Made by a program: the position numbers and the translations under genes
In this document: piece after piece, positions 10,675 to 20,046 of the stretch
Layout of the letters: every line of letters starts with the position of its first letter
Numbering within the stretch: the first letter of the stretch is position 1
Notes under the pieces: model-generated
Told to the model about the DNA's origin: nothing
Database searches by the model: none
Seen by the model: the letters and a program-made list of their open reading frames with translations, nothing else
From: an uncultured cyanobacterium
GTDB taxonomy: Bacteria > Cyanobacteriota > Cyanobacteriia > PCC-6307 > Cyanobiaceae
Length of the DNA: 64,000 bases
Direction: 5' to 3'
NCBI GenBank assembly: GCA_963765575.1
Contig: CAVXWZ010000001.1
Span: 96,001-160,000 of the forward strand

Positions 10675-11177
10675 TGCACCTCCTCGCAGCCGTCGTCGTA
10701 GCAGGTGAGGTGCACGCGGCCATCGTCGCCGAACAGCACCCGCACCAGATCCCGGCCGTTGGTGGACTCGGGTCGCTCCTCGCGGATGCTGTTGAGGTAG
10801 TTGGGGTTGATGACGCAGACGTCGGTGCCGTTGAAGCAGATGGTGTTGGTGGAGAAGCGCGCCCCAGCTGAGCTGAGGAACTCCCAGCTACCGGTGCTGG
10901 TCTCCAGGCGGCCCATGCGCACCGGCGCGTCGGAAATGCGGATCGTTTCGGTTCTGTCGCCGATGGTGTGGCGGTAGGTGATGAAGTCGTCGTCTTCGAT
11001 GGCTTCCACCACGCAGGGCTGGGGGGCAGCGCCAGCCAGCGAGCAGGTGGTTTCCAGCCTGTAGAGGGTTGCGTCCTGGGCCCGGGCGGGCGGGGTGCCG
11101 AGGGCAGCGCCGCAGGCAAGGGCAGCGCTGAGGCCGAGGCAGGAGCCTGGCGCGAGCAGAGACAGAAGACGGGGCAT
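10671..11177 (-). CDS. Hypothetical secreted protein
   Basis: Signal peptide and several Cys; 4-bp overlap with the downstream gene. Confidence 0.7.
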   Translation of the reverse strand: MPRLLSLLAPGSCLGLSAALACGAALGTPPARAQDATLYRLETTCSLAGAAPQPCVVEAIEDDDFITYRHTIGDRTETIRISDAPVRMGRLETSTGSWEFLSSAGARFSTNTICFNGTDVCVINPNYLNSIREERPESTNGRDLVRVLFGDDGRVHLTCYDDGCEEVQ

Positions 11178-11350
11178 CAGGGGGCGATTCCGCGGAGGGT
11201 CCGGGTGGGCAGCCGGGTGCTGCACGCAGATGGAGGACATCGCCATGCTGGTCATCTCCGCCGGCGCTGCCATCGGCTCGTTGGAATTGGACACAGGACA
11301 GCCCCCTCCCTTGGCGGCGACAGGCGGGTGTCACATCGGATACAAGCAAT

Positions 11351-11365
11351 TGAGAATCGCTTGCA
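11351..11365. promoter_or_regulatory. Fur/Zur-family box candidate TGAGAATCGCTTGCA
   Basis: Perfect TGAGAAT half-site; overlaps a putative -35 TTGCAA upstream of the ORF at 11420. Confidence 0.5.
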
Positions 11366-11419
11366 AAAGGTGCGGTGGCGTTTCTAGGGTCTGGCCAGTT
11401 CAGAATTTCGGCCCCGCCC

Positions 11420-11575
11420 ATGGCCCAGCCACTCGGTTCCACTGCAGCCCAGGTCGCCTCCGCCACCAGTGGCCAGGGGCAGCGTGCGGTCTTCACCGCG
11501 GCCAAGAAAAAAGGCTGCAAGGAGACGAAGTGCTCCAACTGGAAGGGCGGCAAGTGCCGCTGCGGCCGCAGCTGA
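11420..11575 (+). CDS. Small 51-aa protein with basic Cys-rich C-terminus (Cx4Cx7CxC)
   Basis: MAQPLG...KKKGCKETKCSNWKGGKCRCGRS; GC3-rich codons; fills an intergenic gap. Confidence 0.6.
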   Translation: MAQPLGSTAAQVASATSGQGQRAVFTAAKKKGCKETKCSNWKGGKCRCGRS

Positions 11576-11610
11576 AGGATCGGCTCGCGCCGCTGGGAAC
11601 GGTGTGCTGA

Positions 11611-13179
11611 TCAGTCGCTGTTCTGGCGATCCAGGCTGGGAATCAGCGCCATTGAGGCGGCCAGACCCAGCACCATGATCAGCAGGGCCGGCGCCATGGC
11701 CGCCTCCACCCGCTCGTCGCTGGCGTACTGGAACACCCGCACCGCCAGCGTGTCGAAGTTGAACGGCCGCAGCGCCAGGGTGAGGGGCAGTTCTTTGACC
11801 ACATCCACAAACACCAGCAGCCCGCCCACCAGCAGGGGACCCCGCAGCAGGGGCAGGTGAATGCGCCGCAGCACCGCCAACCAGCCGTGCCCCAGGCTGC
11901 TGGCCGATTCGTCGATGCTGGGGGGCAGTCGCTCCAGGGCCGCATCCAGCCCCTGCTTGGTCACGGTCATGAAGCGATCGCTGTAACCCCACACGAGCAG
12001 CAGCAGCGGACTGATCATCAGTGGACCACCGATGATCAGCAGTCCCACCCCCAGCACGCTGCCCGGCACGGCGTAGCCCAGCCCGGACAGGAAGCTGAGC
12101 TGATGAATCAGTCGCTGCCGGCTCCAGCGCCGCAGGATCGCCAGCAGCAGTGCCGCGCAGCAGGTCACCAAGGTGGCCAGCAGCGCCAGCATCACCGTGC
12201 GGGTTGAGAGATCCAGCAGTTCAGCGGCCGACTCAGCCCGCAGGGCGCGCCAGCCTGTGCTGATCCAGAGCACGGGAATTGCCAGTGCCAGCAGCGGTGG
12301 CAGCAGCGACACCAGCTGGGCGAGGGCGGCCCGCCAGCCTGTCAGCACCCACACCTGTGGGCAAGCATGCTCACTCTCCAGGTTCCAGCGCTTGCTGCGC
12401 TGGCGCAGGGATCGCTCCATGGCGATCAGCAGTGCAACGATCGCCAGGGCGATCAGCGACAGCAGGGCTGCCCCTTGGGGGTCCCCATCGATCTGCCAGC
12501 GATCCAGGATCCCGGCCGAGAGGCTGGGCACCCCGAGCAGACGTACGGCCCCCAGCTCGTTGACCACCTCCATGGCGCTGAGGGCCACCCCGGCGCCGAT
12601 GGCGGGCAGGGCGATCGGCAGTGCCACCCTGAAGAAACTCGCCCAGGGCCCCAGTCCCATGTTGCGGCTGGCCTCCTGGAGCCTGCGACCACCGGCGGAG
12701 AAGCTCTCGGTGGACAGCAGAAAGACATAGGTGTAATTCGCCAGGAAGAGCACGAGGATGGCCCAGCCCAACCCGTGGATCCGCACTCCCTGGTGGCTGC
12801 CCCAGTCGATCAGGCTGGCTGCCAGCAGGTAGGCAGGAAAGGCCATCGGCAGCAACTGCGCCATGCGCAGGGCGCGCCGCCCCGGGAAACGGCAGGCCGC
12901 GGTGAGCCAGCCGATTGCCGTGCCCACCAGCGCGCCGAGCACCCCTTCTCCGAGCACCAGCAGCAGGGTGCCCTGAATCTGCTTGGCTCCGTTGAACCCC
13001 AGCCCCACGCTGCTGCTGCGGGGGCCGAACAGGGCGTCCCAGAACAGGGCCAGCAGCGGCGCAAAGGCCAGCAGGCCGATGACAGCGGCCACCAGAAACA
13101 GACCGAGCCGGCCCGCGGGGTGCCTTGCCCGAGCCGGAACGCCGGCCGGTGGGGGCTGCAGACCGGCTGACGATTCCAT
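11611..13179 (-). CDS. futB: Fe(III) ABC transporter permease
   Basis: 522 aa with two permease repeats (EASRNMGLG; ESASSLG), KELPLTLALRPFNFDTLA. Confidence 0.9.
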   Translation of the reverse strand: MESSAGLQPPPAGVPARARHPAGRLGLFLVAAVIGLLAFAPLLALFWDALFGPRSSSVGLGFNGAKQIQGTLLLVLGEGVLGALVGTAIGWLTAACRFPGRRALRMAQLLPMAFPAYLLAASLIDWGSHQGVRIHGLGWAILVLFLANYTYVFLLSTESFSAGGRRLQEASRNMGLGPWASFFRVALPIALPAIGAGVALSAMEVVNELGAVRLLGVPSLSAGILDRWQIDGDPQGAALLSLIALAIVALLIAMERSLRQRSKRWNLESEHACPQVWVLTGWRAALAQLVSLLPPLLALAIPVLWISTGWRALRAESAAELLDLSTRTVMLALLATLVTCCAALLLAILRRWSRQRLIHQLSFLSGLGYAVPGSVLGVGLLIIGGPLMISPLLLLVWGYSDRFMTVTKQGLDAALERLPPSIDESASSLGHGWLAVLRRIHLPLLRGPLLVGGLLVFVDVVKELPLTLALRPFNFDTLAVRVFQYASDERVEAAMAPALLIMVLGLAASMALIPSLDRQNSD

Positions 13180-13273
13180 CGTGGTCGCAGTGGCAAGAGA
13201 ACGGCTTTGAGCCAGCCTGCTGCATCAGTCGCAGAGCCTCCCGGTTGGGGTTGGCGAGCTGGACAGCTGGTTG

Positions 13274-13307
13274 CCTCCCTGATCCCCATGGCTGCGGATC
13301 AGGGAGG
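13274..13307. other. 12-bp stem-loop between the porin and futB (mRNA stabiliser or partial terminator)
   Basis: CCTCCCTGATCC-N10-GGATCAGGGAGG; no U-tract. Confidence 0.45.
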
Positions 13308-13362
13308 GCTTCATGGACCTTGTTGCTTGGTGCCTACTGCCCAGGACTGGGCATAGAACGCC

Positions 13363-14847
13363 TCAGAACTTGAAGCTGGTCTGGATCACCCCACCCCAGG
13401 CATCATTGCCGCGGTTGGTGCTGGGTTCATCGGCGTAGAACAGTGCCGGAGTGATCGTGATGTTGTCGCTCACCCGAAAGCGATAGAACATCTCGTAGAG
13501 CATGGAGTTGTTGTCGCCCCCGGTAAATGGCGGCTGGCCTGCGGCGAAGCCTGCCGCATTGCCATCGATGAACACATCGCTCCATTGCAGGCCCACCATC
13601 CAGGTCTGGGAGTCGTCGACGCCCTCGTCCTGCCAGGTGAAGCCATAGCCGGCACTGATCGACGGCGCCCAGCCGCTGTCGAGCGGTGACCAGTAGCCCG
13701 CCAGGGAGATGCTGTTGCTGTTGCCGCCGTCAGGCACCCCGCTGCTGAAGTTGGCATCGCGCAGACTGGAGTTCTCCGTGCCGTAGCGGTAGGCCAGGGC
13801 CGCTCCCCAGTTGGTGCCCTTGATGCCCAGCTGGGAGAGCCAGTTGATGCCGCTGTCGGAGCTGAAGGCGCCGACGCTGGAATCGTCGAAATCGCTGACG
13901 GCCACATAGTTGGTGTCCAAGGTGATGGCGGGGTTGCCCTGCTCAACCTTCTGTTTCCAGCTGACGCCGAAACCGGCGCCGGTGGCCTTGTTGTAGGTGT
14001 TGGAGGTGCCCGCCAGCTTGAAGAAGTCGAGGATGCTGGAGTTGTAGGCCGAGGGGATGAAGCTGATCATCTCCGTGTTGCGCACCAGGGCGCCCACCGT
14101 GAACCGGAAGCTGTCGCCCACCGGGAAGCGGTAGAACAGTCGATCCACCCGCAGGCTGTTGTCCGTGCCGGTGGCCTTGTCGAGCGTGAAGACGCCGTCC
14201 CGGAACGGCAACCTCGAGAAGTTGCCGCTGCGCAGGCGGGTGCGCAGCAGGTCCTTGCCGGTGAAGCTGGTGTCCATATTCAACTTCAGGTCGTAGTTGA
14301 AGGTGGTTTCGTTCGGTCGCGCCGGACGGCTGCCGTCCGACTCCCGCCGGGGACTGTCGAAGTCTGGTGAGCCGGCCAGGATGAAGCTGACATCACCGCG
14401 CAGCCTGGTGGTGGTGGAAAACTGGCTGGCCTCCAGTTCACCCACCTTGGCCTCGAGGCCGTCGACGCGGCCCTTGAGGATGGCGAGTTCCCTCTCGAAC
14501 TCGGCCATCAGGCGCCTGAGCTCGTCGGTCACCTCGGTGACGCGGTCGAGACAGGCGTTCAGGAGGGCGGCGGCCTCGAAACGGGTCATGGCCCGCTGGC
14601 CCCTGAAGGTGCCGTCGGGATAGCCGGCGACGCAGCCGTAGCGCTCGATCAGGCCCGTGAGCGCCTGGTAGGCCCAGTCCGTCGGGACGACGTCGGGGAA
14701 CTGGGAGATGCTGGTGACCTGATCAAGTGGACCTGAATTGCTGTAGCGATTCAGGTCGTCGATTGGCAGATCGGCAGCATTGGCCAGCGCGGGTGTGAAC
14801 AACACAGCGCAGCCCAAAGATAAGGCCAGGGAATGGGTGAATGGCAT
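13363..14847 (-). CDS. Cyanobacterial SLH-domain porin (Som/iron-uptake porin family)
   Basis: PTDWAYQAL, ERYGCVAGYPDGTFRG, TRFEAAALLNACL, coiled coil, QFSTTT, SFTGKDLLRTRL, C-terminal F. Confidence 0.92.
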   Translation of the reverse strand: MPFTHSLALSLGCAVLFTPALANAADLPIDDLNRYSNSGPLDQVTSISQFPDVVPTDWAYQALTGLIERYGCVAGYPDGTFRGQRAMTRFEAAALLNACLDRVTEVTDELRRLMAEFERELAILKGRVDGLEAKVGELEASQFSTTTRLRGDVSFILAGSPDFDSPRRESDGSRPARPNETTFNYDLKLNMDTSFTGKDLLRTRLRSGNFSRLPFRDGVFTLDKATGTDNSLRVDRLFYRFPVGDSFRFTVGALVRNTEMISFIPSAYNSSILDFFKLAGTSNTYNKATGAGFGVSWKQKVEQGNPAITLDTNYVAVSDFDDSSVGAFSSDSGINWLSQLGIKGTNWGAALAYRYGTENSSLRDANFSSGVPDGGNSNSISLAGYWSPLDSGWAPSISAGYGFTWQDEGVDDSQTWMVGLQWSDVFIDGNAAGFAAGQPPFTGGDNNSMLYEMFYRFRVSDNITITPALFYADEPSTNRGNDAWGGVIQTSFKF

Positions 14848-14853
14848 TGAAAA

Positions 14854-14861
14854 TCCTCACA
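14854..14861 (-). promoter_or_regulatory. Putative Yfr1 sRNA target site over the porin RBS
   Basis: mRNA reads UGUGAGGA 6 nt upstream of the AUG, complementary to the Yfr1 motif ACUCCUCACAC. Confidence 0.55.
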
Positions 14862-15032
14862 ACAGGAAATCACCCAGCTTCTTAATTCGTGGTGGGTGAT
14901 TGTGTGCGTTTCTAGGGGAATACGGGATGCGGGCCGCGTTGAATGGTTGCCAAGCGAGGTGACGAATGAAACATTCACTGGTTTCGAAACTGACGATGTC
15001 ATCATCGCCACCGTCATGGCCCGGTGATCGTC

Positions 15033-16091
15033 TTACTCCCAGCCAGCCTGCTGCATCAGCTGCACGGCCTCCTGATTGCGGTTCCCGAGCTCAGAGATGG
15101 ACACCGTGGAGGCGTTGAATGTGCCCATTCCTTCCAGGATGGCATTATTCCCCAACCCCTTCAGTGGGTATTCGTTGTTGGCCTCCGCGAAGCCCTCACC
15201 GGCAGTGGGAGAGGCCAGAAACTCCAGCAACTGGCGGCCGCCTTCGGCATTGCCGGCGCTGCGGGTGATTCCGGCAGCCGTGACGTTGACGTGGGTTGGA
15301 TCGGGCCAGACCACCGTGACCTTGGCGGCCGTCTCCCGGTCGGCGGGGTTGTCGGAGGTCAGCAGCCGCGCCAGGTAGTACTGGTTGGCCACGGCCGCTC
15401 CGCACTGTCCATCACCCACCGCCCTGATCATCGGCGTGTCGCTGGTGAAGAAGGGCTGCTCCACGTTGGCGATCATCCCCTGCAGCCAGCTCTCGGTGCT
15501 GGGCTTGCCCTCCCGCTCCAGCACGTCGGCGGTGAGCGACTGGTTGTAGACGCTGGCGCTGTTGCGCAGGCAGAGCTTGCCGGCCAGTTCCTCGCGGGTG
15601 AGGTCGTCGTAGCTGTTGATCAGGCTGGGGTCGACGATGGCGGTGTTCACCATCACTGGCCTGGCGCGCCGGGTCAGGGCGAACCAGCGGCCGTTCGGAT
15701 CGCGCAGGCTGGCCGGCACATCGCTCTCCAGGGCCGGCGAGCTGGTCGACTGAAACAGGTCCATCTCCTGGGCCCTGTGGATGCGGGCGGCATCCACCAC
15801 CACGAGCACATCGGCCGGGCTGTTGTCTCCCTCGCGGCGCAGGCGCTCGATCAGTTCATCGTCCTTCCCCTCGATCACATTCACCTTGATACCGGTGCGG
15901 TCGGTGAACTCCTTGTACAACTCCTTGTCGGTGTTGTAATGACGCCCCGAGTACACGTTCACCTCCTGGTCGCGACCCTGGCCGCCAGCCTGGTCGTCTG
16001 CGGATCGGCCGCAGCCGATCAACACGCCGGCTGCCCCCAGGCTGATCAGGCCCAGGGCGATTGTCTTGAGGTGGGTTGCTTTGGTAGCCAT
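15033..16091 (-). CDS. futA: Fe(III)-binding periplasmic lipoprotein FutA/IdiA
   Basis: Lipobox LIGC; VYSGRHY, VYNQS, ANQYYLAR, NNEYP. Confidence 0.92.
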   Translation of the reverse strand: MATKATHLKTIALGLISLGAAGVLIGCGRSADDQAGGQGRDQEVNVYSGRHYNTDKELYKEFTDRTGIKVNVIEGKDDELIERLRREGDNSPADVLVVVDAARIHRAQEMDLFQSTSSPALESDVPASLRDPNGRWFALTRRARPVMVNTAIVDPSLINSYDDLTREELAGKLCLRNSASVYNQSLTADVLEREGKPSTESWLQGMIANVEQPFFTSDTPMIRAVGDGQCGAAVANQYYLARLLTSDNPADRETAAKVTVVWPDPTHVNVTAAGITRSAGNAEGGRQLLEFLASPTAGEGFAEANNEYPLKGLGNNAILEGMGTFNASTVSISELGNRNQEAVQLMQQAGWE

Positions 16092-16212
16092 GCGTTGTTG
16101 GTCTGGGGATCTATCAGGTCACCCGAGAGTCTTAGCCGACTGGCTAGTGGCACCCCTTGGGTTTGGGCACCCCGCGATGTGATCAATGCATCACCCTGGT
16201 GTTCAACAGCCC

Positions 16213-17244
16213 TCAGGCCGGAAGCGGCACCACCGTCTCGCTCACTTCCAGCCGCACCCGTTCCCCCTCCCGCAGGTCGCCCGTGCTGGGGCTGATCACG
16301 ATCAGGGCGGTGTCGCCGATCCTTACCCGGTAGAGCTGGTCGTGACCACGGAATTCCCGCAGCTCCACCGTTGCCGGCGCCTCGGGGTCTGGCACCAGTC
16401 GGATCTGTTCGGGCCGCACCGCGATGGTGGTGGGGCCCTGGGCCGGGGAGGCCAGCAGCAGCGAGCCCAGCAGGGTGTTCACCGCCGAACCGTGGGCCTC
16501 GCCGCGCAGCAGGTTGGAGCCTCCGAGAAAACGGGCCACAAAGGCACTGGCCGGCCGCCGGTAGATCTCGTCGGGCGGACCGGTCTGAATCAGCCGACCC
16601 CGCTCCATCACCGCCAGCCGATCCGCCATCACCATCGCCTCCTCCTGATCGTGGGTCACCAGGATCGCGGCCGCTCCGGAGCGGCGCAGCAAGCGACGCA
16701 CCTCCTGGCGCATCTCCACGCGCTTGGCGGCATCGAGATTGGAGAAGGGCTCATCGAGGAGCACCAGCTCCGGCGCCGGCGCCAGGGTGCGGGCCAGGGC
16801 CACCCGCTGTTGCTGGCCACCGGAGAGCTCATGGGGGTAGCGCCGCGCCAGGGCCTCGAGGCCCACCAGCTCCAGCATCTCCTGGCTGCGGGCCGCGGCC
16901 CGGCGGCCCGGCCAGCGGTGCAGCCCGAAGCGCACGTTCTCGACCACCGTCAGGTGGGGGAAGAGGGCATAGTCCTGAAACACCAGGCCGATGCCGCGCC
17001 GTTCCGGACGCAAGTCGGTGATCGCCACGCCACGCAGGCACACCGAGCCCGCATCGGGGACCTCGAGGCCGGCGATCATGCGCAGCGTGGTGGTTTTGCC
17101 GCAACCTGACGGGCCCAGCAGTGCCAGCAGCTCCCCTGGCGCCAGGCTGAAGCTCACATCATTGACCGCGGGGCGGCCGGCGGCGAACTGGCGGCAGAGG
17201 CCGTGCACCTCCAGCAGCGGCGGCGGCGATGGGGCTGCAGGCAT
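16213..17244 (-). CDS. futC: Fe(III) ABC transporter ATP-binding protein
   Basis: GPSGCGKTT, VFQDYALFPH, LSGGQQQR, LLDEPFSNLD, TOBE-like tail; context. Confidence 0.85.
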   Translation of the reverse strand: MPAAPSPPPLLEVHGLCRQFAAGRPAVNDVSFSLAPGELLALLGPSGCGKTTTLRMIAGLEVPDAGSVCLRGVAITDLRPERRGIGLVFQDYALFPHLTVVENVRFGLHRWPGRRAAARSQEMLELVGLEALARRYPHELSGGQQQRVALARTLAPAPELVLLDEPFSNLDAAKRVEMRQEVRRLLRRSGAAAILVTHDQEEAMVMADRLAVMERGRLIQTGPPDEIYRRPASAFVARFLGGSNLLRGEAHGSAVNTLLGSLLLASPAQGPTTIAVRPEQIRLVPDPEAPATVELREFRGHDQLYRVRIGDTALIVISPSTGDLREGERVRLEVSETVVPLPA

Positions 17245-17468
17245 CGGCAGATCCTGCCAGCTGGCCTGGGACCAACTGCGGGGGATCAAGCCCTGATCCT
17301 GCGAATAGCGTTCGTAGCCGATTCTTCGCTCCCGCTCAGGGGTGAAAGCCTAGGAATTGCCGCCGGGGTGGACGTGTAACCGATCTGCACCGATCACGTG
17401 ATATTTGCTACGTCGTTGATCCCCGGCAGCTCGGCTGTTGGTTGGCAGCTCAGCTTTTGCTTGCCAGC

Positions 17469-17612
17469 TCAGCCGTGGCGTTGCACGCGCACCGGCACCA
17501 GGGCGGGCTGCATCATGCCGCCGCCGCCGTTGTCATCGTCGGAGTCGGCGGTGAGCCAGAAGGCCAGGCCGAACAGGGCAAGGACGCCCGTAAGCAGCAG
17601 CAGTTCGGCCAT
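17469..17612 (-). CDS. Small single-TM protein with acidic/Gly tail
   Basis: 47 aa: TM helix followed by DSDDDNGGGGMMQP. Confidence 0.65.
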   Translation of the reverse strand: MAELLLLTGVLALFGLAFWLTADSDDDNGGGGMMQPALVPVRVQRHG

Positions 17613-17677
17613 GGCTGAGTTGTGACTCGACACACCGTAGCCAGGTGCTACGGCAATGGTGTAACAAAACTGGCCGT

Positions 17678-18259
17678 TCAGGCCGGCCCGAAGGCCAGCA
17701 TCAGGCCCGCCGCCGTGAGCAGCGTGGCGACCAGCACGGTCCAGCGGGCGTGGGTCTGGCGCAGCACCCCGTAGCTCACGGCCACCACAAGGGTTGAGCC
17801 GAGGGCGGCACCGAGCCACCAGCCCACGGTGCCGCTGGCTTCCTGGCCGTGGAGCATGGCGTGGACCCCAACCGCCAGGGTCACCAGGCTGCCGATCAGC
17901 CCCAGGCGCGGGCTCTCGCCGCTGCGGCGGCTGGCCAGGATCACCACGCCCATGGCCGAGATGGCCAGGGCCGCCAGCAGTTCAGCGGCGGGCAGGCCGC
18001 CACCGGAGGCGCCGGCGACCGCCCCCAGCACTGCGCCCACCAGGGCGAAGAGCAACACGGAGCTGCCGGTGAACGCGGCGACCCCACCCACGCCCACCAG
18101 CAGCAGCAGGTGGTCGAGACCGGTGATCGGGTGGCTGAAGCCGTAGCCAAGGCCGCCACCGGCCACCAGGTGGGCCTGGGCCGGCAGGGCGGAGACCAGG
18201 CTCAGGCCCAGTCCCGCGGCCGCGGGCAGGAGCAGGGGACGCAAGGGGAAGGAACGCAT
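17678..18259 (-). CDS. hupE: HupE/UreJ family Ni/Co transporter
   Basis: AQAH, GFSHPITGLDH, HAMLHGQE. Confidence 0.88.
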   Translation of the reverse strand: MRSFPLRPLLLPAAAGLGLSLVSALPAQAHLVAGGGLGYGFSHPITGLDHLLLLVGVGGVAAFTGSSVLLFALVGAVLGAVAGASGGGLPAAELLAALAISAMGVVILASRRSGESPRLGLIGSLVTLAVGVHAMLHGQEASGTVGWWLGAALGSTLVVAVSYGVLRQTHARWTVLVATLLTAAGLMLAFGPA

Positions 18260-18388
18260 GGTGAAGCCGGTCCGCGCCGGAGGAGATCAATGGAGGGAAA
18301 GCAGGGCCGCCGTCGCCGGACTCTCCTTGTTGCCCTCGGGTCAGTATGGGGGGCGCTGCCGATTTTGGCCGAGCCCCCGCCGATCGCG

Positions 18389-19552
18389 TCAGCGGAATCC
18401 CTTGCCGGCGTCCCGGGCCACGCAGGCCTGCAGCTGGCTGCGCAGCCTGGGGTGGTCGAGGTCGCGGCCGATCAGCACGATCTGATTCTTGCGCTCCTCG
18501 CTGGGCCAGTCGGAATCGTCAATGGAGAAGCGTTTGCCGGCCAGGTGGAACACGTGGCGGCGGGCGCTCTCGTTGAACCAGAGGATTCCCTTGGCCCGGA
18601 ACACGCCGGGGGGCAGCTGGTTGTCGAGGAAGTTCTGAAACTTGCGCAGCGAGAAGGGGCCGTCGGCCGCGAACGACAGGGAGGTGAAGCCCTCGATGGC
18701 GGCGTGATCGGGATGGGCGTCGTGGTCGTGCCCGTGGTCGTGCCCGTGCCCATGGTTGTGGTGGGCATGGCTGTGATCGCCGCCGTGCTCGTGTTCGCAG
18801 TGGCCGTGGTCGTGGTCGCAGGCGCTGTGGTCGGCTTCGGGTTCGGTGGCGGGTTGGGTGGCGGGTTTGGTGGCGGCGTCGGCGGCCACCACCCGGTCGC
18901 TCTCGAACAGGCCCACGCTCAGCAACAGCGGCAGGGGCACCCCGCCCTTCACCGAGCGCAGGATGCGGGCGTCGGTCTTGATCTCCCGCAGGCGCCGTTC
19001 AAGGGCCTCCAGCCGCTCCTCGGCCACCAGGTCGCACTTGTTGAGCAGGATCATGTCGCCGTAGACGATCTGGGCCCGGGCCACCTCCCCCTCCAGCAGC
19101 TCATCGCTGAAGTTCTCGGCATCCACCAGGGTGATGATCGAATCCAGCCGGGTGGTGTCCCTCAGGTCGCTGCCCAGGAAGGTCATCGCCACCGGCAGCG
19201 GGTCGGCCAGGCCGGTGGTTTCCACCACCAGGTAGTCCACTTTCTCTGGTCGCTCCAGGATCCGGTACACGGCCTCCAGCAGCTCGCCGTTGATCGAGCA
19301 GCAGATGCAGCCGTTGCTCAGCTCCACCATGTCGTCGCCGGTGGCGATCACCAGCTCGTTGTCGATGCCGATCTCGCCAAACTCATTCACCAGTACGGCG
19401 GTCTTCAGCCCCTGCTGGTTGGTGAGGATGTGGTTGAGCAGGGTGGTTTTGCCCGCCCCCAGAAAGCCGGTGAGGATGGTGACCGGCAGGGCTTTGGGGG
19501 CAGCTTCGAGGGCCCCGTCGGGGACCGGTCCGGTGGCGGCACTGGCGCTCAT
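18389..19552 (-). CDS. COG0523/CobW family G3E GTPase metallochaperone
   Basis: GFLGAGKTT, NEFGE, GCICC, ETTGLADP, NKCD, His-rich insert, RAKG. Confidence 0.92.
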   Translation of the reverse strand: MSASAATGPVPDGALEAAPKALPVTILTGFLGAGKTTLLNHILTNQQGLKTAVLVNEFGEIGIDNELVIATGDDMVELSNGCICCSINGELLEAVYRILERPEKVDYLVVETTGLADPLPVAMTFLGSDLRDTTRLDSIITLVDAENFSDELLEGEVARAQIVYGDMILLNKCDLVAEERLEALERRLREIKTDARILRSVKGGVPLPLLLSVGLFESDRVVAADAATKPATQPATEPEADHSACDHDHGHCEHEHGGDHSHAHHNHGHGHDHGHDHDAHPDHAAIEGFTSLSFAADGPFSLRKFQNFLDNQLPPGVFRAKGILWFNESARRHVFHLAGKRFSIDDSDWPSEERKNQIVLIGRDLDHPRLRSQLQACVARDAGKGFR

Positions 19553-19560
19553 GGGTTCTA

Positions 19561-19575
19561 CGGGAATGGTTCTCA
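19561..19575. promoter_or_regulatory. Zur box candidate CGGGAATGGTTCTCA
   Basis: Lies in the 27-bp gap between zur and the GTPase gene; 12/15 identical to the box at 23124. Confidence 0.65.
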
Positions 19576-19579
19576 GACG

Positions 19580-20005
19580 TTAGGCAGGCGGCGTCCGCCC
19601 AGGTTCGGCGGGACTGCGCCGCTGGCGCCGCTGGCAGTCGGGACAGAGCCCGAAGAACTCCAGGGTGTGGAACAGGGGCAGAAAGCCCTGCAGCTCACCG
19701 CTGGGCAACTCCAGGGCATGCACCGGGCAGTGGGCCAGCGGATGGGTCTGGCCGCAGTCCACGCACGTGAGGTGGTGCTCGTCGCGCTCGGTGGGGGCGA
19801 ACAGGGCTTCGCCGCTGGGCAGGTGCCGGCAGCGCACCAGACCCCACTGCTGCAGCTGGCGCAGGTGCCGGTAGACCGTCGCCAGCCCCATGGGCGTGGC
19901 ACTGGCGCGCAGGCAGGCATGCAGATCCTGGCCCGACAGCTCGCGTCCGGCGCGGCGCAGGGCCGCCAGCAGTTGTTCCTGGCGCGGGCTGAGGTTGGGA
20001 TCCAC
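19580..20005 (-). CDS. zur: Fur-family regulator, Zur type
   Basis: GTG at 20005; GLATVYR, DEHHLTCVDC, CPVH, FHTLEFFGLCPDC; zinc-uptake context. Confidence 0.8.
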   Translation of the reverse strand: MDPNLSPRQEQLLAALRRAGRELSGQDLHACLRASATPMGLATVYRHLRQLQQWGLVRCRHLPSGEALFAPTERDEHHLTCVDCGQTHPLAHCPVHALELPSGELQGFLPLFHTLEFFGLCPDCQRRQRRSPAEPGRTPPA

Positions 20006-20046
20006 GGTGGCCAGAGCAGACCGGCGGGCCGTTCGCTGGGGCCGTT

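Noticed and set aside
17300..17316. Fur box upstream of futC (TGCGAATAGCGTTCGTA)
   Set aside because: Imperfect 7-3-7 geometry unlike the other boxes; too weak without comparative support.
18260..18388. Cobalamin riboswitch upstream of hupE
   Set aside because: Only a weak GGAGAGTCCGG resemblance; the CCCGCAACTGT and B12-box core are not visible. An Infernal/Rfam search would decide.
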